Source: a virus. From it: a stretch of DNA of 64,000 nucleotides. Numbering within the stretch: position 1 is the stretch's first letter; each line of letters begins with the position of its first letter. The notes beneath the pieces are model-generated. The model was given only the letters and a program-made list of their open reading frames with translations. It was not told where the DNA came from and made no database searches. Both the position numbers and the translations under genes were made by a program. The DNA is taken from positions 5,992 to 69,991 of IMG/VR virus record IMGVR_UViG_2713897041_000002; one strand, written 5' to 3'. Positions 47,939-57,489 of this stretch are shown piece by piece.

Positions 47939-48288
47939 CTGCCTCGTAGTAACGGACCGTGGCTTTCTGGCGCTCAGTCCGCAAGTTGAGCGCCGGCCGA
48001 ATCAGCCACAGGACGAAACGCGCGTACATGCGCTTCATGAAGTCTCCCTCTGTTGGGTACGCGCGTTGACACTCTGGACACACCGGAACTCGACGCCATC
48101 GATCAAGACGCGCCCCGTTCCAATGGGACTTGCCTCGATCGTCACAGCGCACTTGTCGTTAGCATTTGTCACGTTGACTCCTTCCGCTGGCCCGTAAGGG
48201 ACAGCATGCCCAATAGGATATTGTTAACCCAAACAAGATAAAATAACTGAAAGCGATTTCGCCCCTTACTTCATTGAACCCGAGGGCG

Positions 48289-48585
48289 TCATCCCGCGAG
48301 CTCCTTCTGCTCCCGCAAGCTCTCGTCGCCGCGCAGCATCAGTTGGCGCAAGACGACCCAACCTTGGTAGTCCGGCCGGAGCGTTTCGCACACGACGCGC
48401 GGATCATCAACGGCGCGCTCAACAAATGGACAAGCTTCGATCGGCGCACGGCGGTCCCGCTTAATCCAATTACTTGCAGCTTGGGGGGATACGCCGACCC
48501 TCCTCGCAAAGTCGGCTTGCGAGTCGCAAAGGCTGACTGCGAGGCACAACGTTTCGAATGGTGAGAGTTGCGACGGAGTGTTCAT
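48289..48585 (-). CDS. Cro-like HTH regulator
   Basis: Cro-type HTH (DFARRVGVSPQAASNWIKRDR). Start taken at MNTPSQ (48585) so the operator palindrome is upstream. Confidence 0.6.
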   Translation of the reverse strand: MNTPSQLSPFETLCLAVSLCDSQADFARRVGVSPQAASNWIKRDRRAPIEACPFVERAVDDPRVVCETLRPDYQGWVVLRQLMLRGDESLREQKELAG

Positions 48586-48591
48586 GCGCGA

Positions 48592-48657
48592 ACGATAAAC
48601 CATAGTTTATCGTCAGTCAACTCTCGTTTATTGATCGAATATACAATTGTTTATAGA
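48592..48657. promoter_or_regulatory. CI/Cro intergenic operator region with three GTTTAT-containing sites including a 9-bp inverted repeat
   Basis: ACGATAAAC-CATA-GTTTATCGT (48592-48613) is a perfect 9-bp IR with a 4-bp spacer. GTTTAT recurs at 48605, 48626 and 48649 (spacing 21 and 23 bp). Confidence 0.55.
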
Positions 48658-48666
48658 GTCCGGCTC

Positions 48667-49068
48667 ATGGCACTCGGAAAGAACGTCGCACGACTACGCA
48701 CCCTGACGGGCGAAACCCGTCCGGACCTTGCGCGCGCTATCGGCATCGAATCACAGCAGCCGATCTATGCGCTGGAAAAGCGCGACAGTAGCCGGTCGGA
48801 TCTTGCGCCACAGCTAGCAAAACACTTCCGGGTTGATTTGAACGTGTTGCTTGAGGACGATTTGTCGCGCCTCGACAGCGCGGGACTTGACGCGCTGCGT
48901 CGATCGCGAAAACCGCCTGTCGGGGCGGGGAAGAAGGTGAAGATTCAGGAGAGATTTGATGCTGCTCCTGAGTCGATACAGCAGGCCGTCCGCGACCTCC
49001 TCGAGCTGCCCATTGCGGACGCAGAAAAAGTCGCGGCCCTGATAGCCGCCTTTCGCGGCGATCGTTAG
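48667..49068 (+). CDS. CI-like repressor (XRE-family HTH)
   Basis: MALGKNVARLRTLTGETRPDLARAIGIESQQPIYALEKR is an HTH_XRE, divergent from the cro-like gene. Confidence 0.7.
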   Translation: MALGKNVARLRTLTGETRPDLARAIGIESQQPIYALEKRDSSRSDLAPQLAKHFRVDLNVLLEDDLSRLDSAGLDALRRSRKPPVGAGKKVKIQERFDAAPESIQQAVRDLLELPIADAEKVAALIAAFRGDR

Positions 49069-49385
49069 TGGACGTCTTGCAATGTTTGCGCTATAGACTC
49101 GACGGCGTCGTCAATGTCACCGCAGACATCCCCTGCAATCCATCTCCCGCACCGCGCAAGGTCGCTCGTAATGCATGATTGATCCGACCGATCCGACAGT
49201 GCATCAATCGCGGAGAAGATCGCTTGTAAATGTCGAATTCTCTCTGCCGCGAGAATCCCGAGATCCTTTGCAATAAGGCTCACGGACTGCAACGCCCCCG
49301 CGGCAAACTCCCTGTTGTATTTCTTCAAGTGGCCACCTCGTAGGTCTGATTGAACGTTCGCAGGGTGCGCGCCTCTCGGCATCGT
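49065..49385 (-). CDS. Hypothetical protein
   Basis: ORF 49065-49520; the plausible start is Met46. Acidic C-terminus. Confidence 0.25.
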   Translation of the reverse strand, partial: TMPRGAHPANVQSDLRGGHLKKYNREFAAGALQSVSLIAKDLGILAAERIRHLQAIFSAIDALSDRSDQSCITSDLARCGRWIAGDVCGDIDDAVESIAQTLQDVH

Positions 49386-49411
49386 CCATCGAGAGGCCCG
49401 CCCAATCGGCT

Positions 49412-50701
49412 CTACTTCCTGCGAGGTTGCCAGAGAGACACGGATATCAAGCTCACGATGGCCGCTGCTATCACGTAGAATGCCGGCGCGAGGTTGTTGT
49501 GCGTGGTCGCAATCGCCCACGTAATGATCGCGGCGGAGAATCCACCAAACGTGATCACGGCGAGGTTGTACGAGATCGAAATCCCAGTCGACAGAACCCC
49601 GTCTGGAAACATGTCGCTAAGCGCCGCCAGGATTGGCCCCTCGTAGCTGGCGATAACGAGCCCGAACACCACCTGGAACACGAGCAACGTCTTCAACCCT
49701 GGTGCGGCATTCAACATAGCGAACAGCGGATAAGCCGCGACGATCGCAACGAGCAACGCTCCCGCAAGGAACCAGCGGCGCCCAAACAGATCGGAAAGGT
49801 GTCCAATCAAAGGTGTGACGAAGAGAACAATTGACGCGCCGACAAGCACTGCGATGAAACCCGTAGAAGACGGGAGTTTCAGAACCTTCGAAGCGTAGGT
49901 CGGGATGTAGAACAGTAGGACATAAGAGCAAACCGTCCAGAAGACGACTAAACCAAATCCGACAAGCGCCTCACGCGAAAAGCTCCTGACGACCTCGACG
50001 ACCGGCGCACACTCGCCCAAACGCTCGTCTGCGGGAAAGCCAGGGTCGTTCAGCCTACTGCGGATATAAATCCCGACCGGGCCGAGACCGAGTCCGAGAA
50101 GGAAGGGGATTCGCCAGCCCCAAGATTCGATCTGCTGCTCATCGAGACACTTCACGATAAACACCGCAAGAACTGACGCAAGGATAATCGCGAACCCGAT
50201 ACTCGCCTGAATCCAGCTCGTGTAGTATCCATGCCGCTCGGCCGGCACGCGCTCGCGAAGATACGCTGTCGCACCTCCCATTTCCCCTCCAGCCGAAAAT
50301 CCCTGAAGTAGACGCGCGACGACAATCATCAGTGGCGCACCAAGCCCTGCATCTTTGTATGTCGGCGCGAATCCAATCATCGCCGTCCCGGCGGTCATCA
50401 ATGCAATCGTGACCGTAAGTGCTGCTCGGCGCCCCACTTTGTCCGCAATTCCGCCAATCACGATGCCACCGATCGGACGCATAAAGAAGCCTACGCCAAT
50501 CGTCGAAACCGACAGCAACAGAGACAGGTTGTCGTCCGTCGACGGGAAAAATAGTTTCGCAATAATGACTGAGAAGAAACTATACGAAATGAAATCGAAC
50601 CATTCGAAACCATTTCCGACGATGACGGCGATTACAGCTCTCCGATGCGTGTCGGAGCTCGCACTCGGCGCGGCCTCGCGCGCGTACGTTGATGTTTGCA
50701 T
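49412..50701 (-). CDS. MFS transporter (metabolite:H+ symporter-like)
   Basis: 12 predicted TM helices. GIADKVGRR is the MFS signature motif between TM2 and TM3. Start MQTSTYARE. Confidence 0.8.
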   Translation of the reverse strand: MQTSTYAREAAPSASSDTHRRAVIAVIVGNGFEWFDFISYSFFSVIIAKLFFPSTDDNLSLLLSVSTIGVGFFMRPIGGIVIGGIADKVGRRAALTVTIALMTAGTAMIGFAPTYKDAGLGAPLMIVVARLLQGFSAGGEMGGATAYLRERVPAERHGYYTSWIQASIGFAIILASVLAVFIVKCLDEQQIESWGWRIPFLLGLGLGPVGIYIRSRLNDPGFPADERLGECAPVVEVVRSFSREALVGFGLVVFWTVCSYVLLFYIPTYASKVLKLPSSTGFIAVLVGASIVLFVTPLIGHLSDLFGRRWFLAGALLVAIVAAYPLFAMLNAAPGLKTLLVFQVVFGLVIASYEGPILAALSDMFPDGVLSTGISISYNLAVITFGGFSAAIITWAIATTHNNLAPAFYVIAAAIVSLISVSLWQPRRK

Positions 50702-50855
50702 TATTTCGTGCCCTCGGATTATTGAGTTATTACGGCTATCAAACAAGATTTGATCGCGCACGAAATATTACGTCTATTTACGAATTACTTACTATGAAAA
50801 ATTCTCGGGGCAGCCTGACCATAAGGAATGATGCAAATTGAACCAATCGTATGAC

Positions 50856-51746
50856 TTATACATGCGTCAGTAGCCACTCGCGAAACATCGTGACCGCGGG
50901 CGTGTCTCGGCGATCCGCAGGCCAGATGACCTGATACGCGCCGCCGAAGCTTGCATGCGCATCCGACGCTAAAACCAGCTTCCCGCTCTCAACAAGTGGC
51001 GTGATCATATGCTTCCAGCCCAAAATTGCTCCGTGCCCATGCAGTGCCAGTTGCAGCAGTACTGGGTAGCTGTTCGCAGAAATAGTTCGAGCCGGACGAA
51101 ACCCGATTTCGCCGACAGTCAGGCGAAACCAATCTCGCCATCCCATCCACTGACGCTGCTGTTCCTCCGCAACAAGTAAAGTTGCCTCCATCAAGTCCTG
51201 GGGAGGCACGCGGCGCCCCGCGAGAAACGTCGGCGCGCAGTATGCGTGAACGTCCTCCGCGATGATCGCCGTTCCAGCAATGCCGGGGGGAGGAACGTCG
51301 CGAATGTAGTAGACGCCAATGTCGAATTCGGCCGCGTTCAAATTGAACACGCCTTCTCGAACAAGAATTCGCACGGAGACTTCCGGATGCTCCGCGCTGA
51401 ACTCGGCAATCCGATCCGCCAAAAACAATGTTGCAGTGCCGGACGCGCACGCAATAGTAAGGCTGTGCGGAGTCTGCTCCTTCATCACAAGTGCAGTTGC
51501 CTCGACACAGTCGGCCAAAATCGCATGCACCCGATCAGCGTACTGCTGGCCCGCGCGAGTCAAATGCAAGGCCTTGGCATCTCGGACAAAGAGAGTTGTC
51601 CCAAGAAACGTCTCGAGCTTCACAACCTGTTTGCTAACCGCGCCTTGCGTCACATTCAATTCCTCGGCTGCTCGCGTGAAGTTGCCGTGTCTTGCGGCTG
51701 CGTCGAAGAAAACAAGGCACTGAAGAGGTGGGAGAGGTTGAATTTT
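50856..51746 (-). CDS. LysR-family transcriptional regulator
   Basis: MKIQPLPPLQCLVFFDAAARHGNFTRAAEELNVTQGAVSKQVVKLE is a LysR HTH, with a C-terminal substrate-binding domain. The track's upstream extension is rejected. Confidence 0.8.
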   Translation of the reverse strand, partial: KIQPLPPLQCLVFFDAAARHGNFTRAAEELNVTQGAVSKQVVKLETFLGTTLFVRDAKALHLTRAGQQYADRVHAILADCVEATALVMKEQTPHSLTIACASGTATLFLADRIAEFSAEHPEVSVRILVREGVFNLNAAEFDIGVYYIRDVPPPGIAGTAIIAEDVHAYCAPTFLAGRRVPPQDLMEATLLVAEEQQRQWMGWRDWFRLTVGEIGFRPARTISANSYPVLLQLALHGHGAILGWKHMITPLVESGKLVLASDAHASFGGAYQVIWPADRRDTPAVTMFREWLLTHV

Positions 51747-52802
51747 CATGATTGCGTCCAATTCCTCCCAAGAATTTACAGGCTGATCCGCGTCTTCGCC
51801 ACACGCGGTCGAACTTGCCCTCCCACACAGACACAAACTTTTGTTGACTCTTGATAAACTCTTGTTTATTCTCCAATCCATACCGCAGCCTTGCTCGCTG
51901 CACCGCTCCGGCGGATCGATCTTTAAGAGTGCCAGCGTACCGGGACCCGCAAGGGAGCAACCGGTCGGCTCTACGGTGTAGCCGAGAAACGGGGTAGCGC
52001 CCGACACCACTCAGCTTTCATGAGATGGGGTCCTGCCGATGCGGACGTGGTCTGGCCGCGGCGAGGGAGCCAGAGGATGCCGGAGTTGGTCGCGACGCAC
52101 GTGGCGGTTCGCGAGATAGCCGGATTGTCGTTCGGAGGGGAAAGCGAAGCCGGAAGTCGCGGCAGCGGCCCCATCCCATGAAAACTGACAAGGAAGCAGA
52201 TCGATTGGTGTTACGCCCTGATCGTTGTTTTGAATTCGGATTACTAAATCATGAGGGGAAACGAGGATCGTGATCGTGACTCTTCGAAAGGAGATCCAGT
52301 GGAATCGAAACGGAAGCTGCCGACCGTGTCGGTCGAGTGGCTCGAAAACGCAGCAGCTGACCTCGAAGTCAGCGCAAACGCGAGCCGTGAGACGTGGGCG
52401 GTACTCGGCCTATCTCATCGGTACAGCGAGAACATCGGCCGCGCCCATGCAATGCGGCACGCGGCCCGGTTGAAGCTCGAATACGACCGACGCCTCTTTC
52501 TACGGTCGATCGGGCTCAAGGTCTAGGAGACGATCGTGAGCCAAGCCGCAAAGAACCTCCTCGAACTGCGCCGTCTGCCTCGCGGCGCGCTTGTCGAGCA
52601 CCTGTTGCGCGAAGTTGCAAGCGATCTGATCGCTCAGGGCATCGAAGATCTTCGCGGAGGCTGCTGAGGTGAAGCACTTCGTGACTGGGGCTTTGGCCCT
52701 GCTGATTCTCTGGCTCGTCGTCGAGGTTACGCGTGCGATGAAGCACATCGGCCGCGACGAGCACCACATGCACTGACCAACCGCGCCCGCTACAGGAGAA
52801 CG

Positions 52803-53024
52803 ATGATGGACAAACAAACCGTACTCGAAGCCTGCAACCGCGTCGCCGACGTTGCGGATCTTCCCTTCTACACCGAGCTCGTCGATGCGCTTCGCGGCGC
52901 AATGGTAGCGCTGACGGCTTCTGAGCCCACGATGAAGCACTATCCGGAAGCCGTCGCACGCCATGAAAAGGCGATCCGTGACGCTAAGTCATGCATCAAG
53001 CGAATCGATCAGGACGCCGCCTGA
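52803..53024 (+). CDS. Hypothetical early-operon protein
   Basis: 73-aa ORF with a GGAGAACGATG SD/start. Confidence 0.3.
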   Translation: MMDKQTVLEACNRVADVADLPFYTELVDALRGAMVALTASEPTMKHYPEAVARHEKAIRDAKSCIKRIDQDAA

Positions 53025-53475
53025 CCAACCGCGCCCGCCCTGCGGGCAATCACAACCCACCGGGGACCGCGATGCTTCACATCCATGCAAATCACGAATA
53101 CAACGTCCGTGAAACCCTGACATGGGCCAAGCTCCAAGACGCCATCGAGCGCCATGATCGCAACTACTTCGCCGGACATTGCCTCGACGCAATCGAGCTC
53201 ATGCCGTCCGGCGCCATGCAGCGCATTGAGCCGGCAGCCGATACGTCCATCGAACCTTTCGCCGCGTCGACCCATGCATACCGTCGGTAATTGCGACGAC
53301 ACGAGACCATCATGAACAGAGTCGCTTTCGACAATGATCTACTCGCCGCGTGCGATCGGCCGAACGGGCGTCTCGCTCGGGCTTTCGGGATGATCCTCGC
53401 CTACGGCATCACTATCGGCTGTGTCTGGTTCCTCTGCGTTGCACGTCGAGCAGGTGCCATCTAGTCAAGACGATT

Positions 53476-54129
53476 TTAGCCATCCGCTTCGCGAAGACTG
53501 TTAGCAGGTTTGAGGCCGAGCTTCGCTCGCTCTCCACTCAGCCAATGCTCAATTTTTCTAGATGCTTCGTTAGCAGATTTAACCCGACTTCGCGCTCTAT
53601 CGCGAAATTCTCGCTTTAGGTATGTGGCGCCAGAGTTCTCATTTCTTTGCTGTATCGCCCTCACCGAATATGTCACGAACCGCTGGATGTCTATAACGCT
53701 ACTTAGCACATCAGACGGAACGCCTCGACCGTAAAGCGTGCGCAACGAAAGCTGCACGTCGGAAAGACGATCGAGATCGAACTTGAAGACGCTGCCATTA
53801 ACGAAGTTCGCGATGTATTGGTTGGCCACGGTAATAGCAGCCACAGCGTCTGTTGCGACGACGAATGCTAGTTCCGCTTCAATGACACGCGCTTGAGCAG
53901 AACTTCGAAGCAATTGCGTCATTTGATGTTGCGCTTGATATCTAGCAACGAGAAAAGCACCAGCGATTGCAAAAATCGAGCCGACCGCCTGAACCCATGA
54001 AGCCCATTCGCTCGAGCTTCCGGGCAGATGCGTAATCAGGCACGCAATCGTGAGTCCGAGTGCAAAACCTCCGAGTCCGACAGCCGTATCCCGCGGCAAT
54101 TGCTCCGCGCGCAGTTCTTTCGAGTTCAT
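53476..54129 (-). CDS. Hypothetical membrane protein
   Basis: Two N-terminal TM helices followed by a ~140-aa soluble domain. No family recognised. Confidence 0.4.
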   Translation of the reverse strand: MNSKELRAEQLPRDTAVGLGGFALGLTIACLITHLPGSSSEWASWVQAVGSIFAIAGAFLVARYQAQHQMTQLLRSSAQARVIEAELAFVVATDAVAAITVANQYIANFVNGSVFKFDLDRLSDVQLSLRTLYGRGVPSDVLSSVIDIQRFVTYSVRAIQQRNENSGATYLKREFRDRARSRVKSANEASRKIEHWLSGERAKLGLKPANSLREADG

Positions 54130-54401
54130 CGCTCCCCGCTTGCTTTGGTGAAAATCCTAGCACGACGACCTTCCGCATAGCCGCGGACGTTCCGGCACTC
54201 CGGATGCGCGACTTCTTTGTGGCCTCAGCATGCCACACACCGCAGTTCCCCGCTCGCCGCGCGCGGGATTTCCTCTCGGATAAGCGCGGCCTTTCGGCGG
54301 GGCGGCCCGTATGTGCGCCCCGCCATTTTTTACCGGAGATACCAATCAAAACCGCTTCGAAGCTCATCGTCGCGGCCGTGCTGTTTCTCGTGCTGCTGTC
54401 G

Positions 54402-54527
54402 ATCGTCACCCCGTGGCTGGTGAATCAGGACAGCAGCATCACCCTGCTCGCCGTGCCGTTCGTGTGGTTGGCGTATGCCGCCGCCTTTGTGAAATTCATC
54501 CCCCCTCATTTCAAGGAGACCAAGTGA
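54402..54527 (+). CDS. Small hydrophobic membrane protein upstream of and coupled to the SPFH gene (start unresolved)
   Basis: ...LIVAAVLFLVLLSIVTPWLVNQDSSITLLAVPFVWLAYAAAFVKFIPPHFKETK is a TM hairpin. Its stop overlaps the SPFH GTG (GTGA). No in-frame ATG; a GTG at ~54402 is possible. Confidence 0.3.
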   Translation: MVTPWLVNQDSSITLLAVPFVWLAYAAAFVKFIPPHFKETK

Positions 54528-55336
54528 AACGCCTGTTTCTGATTCTGATCCTCGCGCCGACGATGTTCCTCGCGGCCGGCTGCGATAACGTCCCGGCCGG
54601 CTACGTCGGTGTGAAGGTGCAACGCTACGGCGACGACCGCGGCGTCAACGTCGAAGTGAAGGGGCCCGGGCGCTACTTCAACGGGCCCAACGTCGACATG
54701 TTCATCTTCCCGACGTTCACGCAGTCCTACGTGTGGGACAAAGCTGGCAAGTCCGACGAGTCGTTCACGTTCCAGACGGTGGAGGGGTTGTCGGTCAACA
54801 CCGACATCGGCGTCAGCTACGCGATCCCGCGTGAGAACGCGCCCAAGGTGTTCCAGAAGTATCGGCGCGGAGTCGATGAGATCACGGGCGTCTACCTGCG
54901 CGCGATCGTGCGCGACGCCCTGAATCTCGCCGGCGCGTCGATGGCGGTCGAGGACGTCTACGGCAGGGGCAAGGCGGCGCTACAGCAGCGCGTCGAGGAC
55001 GAGGTAAAGGCGAACGCCGCGAAGATCGGAATCAGTGTCGAGAAGGTCTATTTCGTGAATCAGATGCGCCTCCCCGAGCAGGTCATGAACTCGATCAACG
55101 GGAAGATCGCAGCGACGCAGATCGCGCAGCAGAAGGAGAACGAACTGCGTGCAGCCGAGGCGGACGCGGCAAAGCAAGTCGCGATCGCCAAGGGCGAGGC
55201 CGAAGCGCTCGAGGTGAAAGCGAAAGCACTACGCGAGAACAGCCAAATCCTGCAACAGATGGCGATCGAGAAATGGGACGGCAAGCTCCCCCAGTACATG
55301 GGCTCGAACAGCGTCCCGTTCGTCCAGATCAAGTAA
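54524..55336 (+). CDS. SPFH/band-7 (stomatin-prohibitin-flotillin) family lipoprotein
   Basis: GTG start preceded by AAGGAG. MKRLFLILILAPTMFLAAGC has a lipobox. The body has the SPFH fold pattern and a C-terminal coiled coil (AAEADAAKQVAIAKGEAEALEVKAKALRE). Confidence 0.7.
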   Translation: MKRLFLILILAPTMFLAAGCDNVPAGYVGVKVQRYGDDRGVNVEVKGPGRYFNGPNVDMFIFPTFTQSYVWDKAGKSDESFTFQTVEGLSVNTDIGVSYAIPRENAPKVFQKYRRGVDEITGVYLRAIVRDALNLAGASMAVEDVYGRGKAALQQRVEDEVKANAAKIGISVEKVYFVNQMRLPEQVMNSINGKIAATQIAQQKENELRAAEADAAKQVAIAKGEAEALEVKAKALRENSQILQQMAIEKWDGKLPQYMGSNSVPFVQIK

Positions 55337-55609
55337 CGAAATTCTGAGCCCACGCCCGGCTCTCCCCTCGGATATGGGCGGCCTTTAAGGGTGGCCAGTT
55401 CGGCACCCTCTTTTTCTCCCGCGGAGATTCAAGAGCGGACGCTCGGCGGTGGCGGTTGGGTCCCGCCACTTCCTCAAATTGATGCCAAGCACTCATGCAA
55501 CGCTGCCTTATGCGAGCGCTGAGTGTCCGCCCATGAACCCCCGCTTGAGCTGGCGCCTGTACGGGCCAGCACTTTTTCGAATTCCAATGACGTGCATGAG
55601 GGCCAAGCC

Positions 55610-56317
55610 ATGAAAGAACTGCAACAAGCTGTCTCCACCGCCTTCTCGAACATCGTCGCGGCTGGCGCGATCGAGAATGCAATCGAAGAGAAGTTGACGA
55701 AGACAATCACCTCGATCATCGACGAGGAACTCCGCACGTACTCGACCTTCGGCGAGCAATTGAAAGAGCGCGTCAAAGCCGCGCTGCAAGTCGACTTTCA
55801 TAACCTTGGTCTGCCCGGATACAACGACCTCATTCTCAAGATCATCCGACAGCAGGTCGACGCGCAGTTGAACGCGACAATCGAAACGCAGATCGAGCAG
55901 CAGATGAAGGAACTGCTCGCACCCGCACCGGCAGAGATCAAGCTTTCGCAACTCGTCGAGGAATTCATCAAGGACGAGCACGCCGATCGCCAATACCGCT
56001 CGTGCTCGTGCGATGAGTCGGACCGGATCACGCTGATTGTTAGCGCGGAGAGCGGCTTCATCTCGAAGTTCCACCACATTTACTTGGACAGCGAATACGG
56101 CACCAAGTCCCACGACTGCCCGTATCAGATCGACGTCCACGACGGCCGCGTGTACAGCGTGCAGATCGATCGAAAGGACCCGAGCAAGACGCTGTTTGTC
56201 GGCCCCATGCACGGCTTCAAGCGCCGCCTGTTTCAGCTCTACGCCGCCGGCACGAAGCTGATCATCGACGGCGACGAGAACAGCATCAATACCTACTACC
56301 GCGGCCGCGACTATTGA
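55610..56317 (+). CDS. Hypothetical phage early protein
   Basis: ATG with a GAGGG SD. 235 aa; no family. Confidence 0.45.
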   Translation: MKELQQAVSTAFSNIVAAGAIENAIEEKLTKTITSIIDEELRTYSTFGEQLKERVKAALQVDFHNLGLPGYNDLILKIIRQQVDAQLNATIETQIEQQMKELLAPAPAEIKLSQLVEEFIKDEHADRQYRSCSCDESDRITLIVSAESGFISKFHHIYLDSEYGTKSHDCPYQIDVHDGRVYSVQIDRKDPSKTLFVGPMHGFKRRLFQLYAAGTKLIIDGDENSINTYYRGRDY

Positions 56318-56330
56318 ACGGAGGCACGAC

Positions 56331-56996
56331 ATGACGAATGAGACGACACCGCGCGCGAACGGCATCGTGAACCTGACGCAGTACGCATTCGAGCTTGTCG
56401 GCGCTGTCGACAGGCTGCCTGAGTCTCCGCAGCGCGACGAGGCACTGAAGCAAGCAAAGGCTCTTCGGCTCGACCTCGCGACCGCGACACGGGAATCGCT
56501 CTTCGACGGCTTCGTTTCGCTCGAAGGGCTGCGAGCAAAGCTGCTCGCACCGCGCGAGATCCAGCGCGACGAACAAGGCTGGCTGACGCATCCCGAGCTT
56601 CCCCTCTGCGACGAGGATGTGCGCGTCGACAGGTTCCTTGAAGCGTTCGGCATCGAATCGGCATTCATCGGCATGGAATCCGACGTCGATGCCGAAAGCT
56701 ACGAGCAGTACCACGAGCGCGCCGACTGCAGCGCATGGACGCCGACGCCACCCGATGGCGAAGGTTGGGTGCTGCTCGAGATCTACGACACCGAAGACGG
56801 CCCGCACGCGCTGTTTGCACGTGCAATTCCCCCCAAGGTGCGCCGCGATCGCACACGGCATACAACGAAGCCTGCCGGGCGCACACCCGCAGAACAAGCC
56901 GCCTATCGGGCGGGGTTCGACGAAGGTAAGAGACAAATGGCTCTCGTCGTCCTGCAATCGCGCAAGCCGATCGACAAGCTGTTGGAGGAACTTTGA
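56331..56996 (+). CDS. Hypothetical phage early protein
   Basis: 221-aa acidic ORF, coupled to its neighbours. Confidence 0.45.
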   Translation: MTNETTPRANGIVNLTQYAFELVGAVDRLPESPQRDEALKQAKALRLDLATATRESLFDGFVSLEGLRAKLLAPREIQRDEQGWLTHPELPLCDEDVRVDRFLEAFGIESAFIGMESDVDAESYEQYHERADCSAWTPTPPDGEGWVLLEIYDTEDGPHALFARAIPPKVRRDRTRHTTKPAGRTPAEQAAYRAGFDEGKRQMALVVLQSRKPIDKLLEEL

Positions 56997-57475
56997 GCGT
57001 GATGAAGAAATCGACGAACGCGAGCACCGAGGCGCAGCTCATTACTCCGGCGGCGCTGACGGACGAGCAGCGAGGGTTGATCGAACGCGCAGAAGACCGC
57101 CTTCGCGGCCGCGGTGCCGAAGACGCAGATGCAGCGAATGGGCTACTCGAGGTGTTGATTGCCCATCCTGCCCGGCCCATCGCCCACGACGAGGCAGCGC
57201 AACCCGAGAAGAGCTGCGCTGACGCGCCATACGGCAACGCCGAGAAAGCCGAAGATATGCGGATGATAAAGCTCGTGTTGGACGACTACACCCGCAACGG
57301 CATCGCCACGATGACTGAATCAGAGAAGGTCTCCTACTTGTCCGCGTCGCTGCTCTCCGCTTACCAACTGCTTCGAAGCGTCGTGGGCGATGAGTGGGTC
57401 ATGGGATGGCTTGAAGCGGCTTTGCACGAAGTGATGACCACGCCGTGTGCGGTCGAGATCCGCAAACCGTCTTGA
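56993..57475 (+). CDS. Hypothetical protein
   Basis: 160 aa; stop/start overlap with the upstream gene. Confidence 0.4.
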   Translation: MSVMKKSTNASTEAQLITPAALTDEQRGLIERAEDRLRGRGAEDADAANGLLEVLIAHPARPIAHDEAAQPEKSCADAPYGNAEKAEDMRMIKLVLDDYTRNGIATMTESEKVSYLSASLLSAYQLLRSVVGDEWVMGWLEAALHEVMTTPCAVEIRKPS

Positions 57476-57489
57476 ATCGAGGTTCGACC

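Noticed and set aside
52025-52273. 82-aa ORF in the GC-rich intergenic region, and the upstream extension of the LysR ORF (to 52010)
   Set aside because: Arg/Gly-rich junk translation. The LysR HTH begins at Met89 of the track ORF.
54311-54523. ATG-initiated upstream extension of the SPFH ORF (track 54311-55336)
   Set aside because: The extension is Arg-rich and lacks a signal peptide. The GTG at 54524 has a strong AAGGAG SD and is followed directly by a lipoprotein signal.
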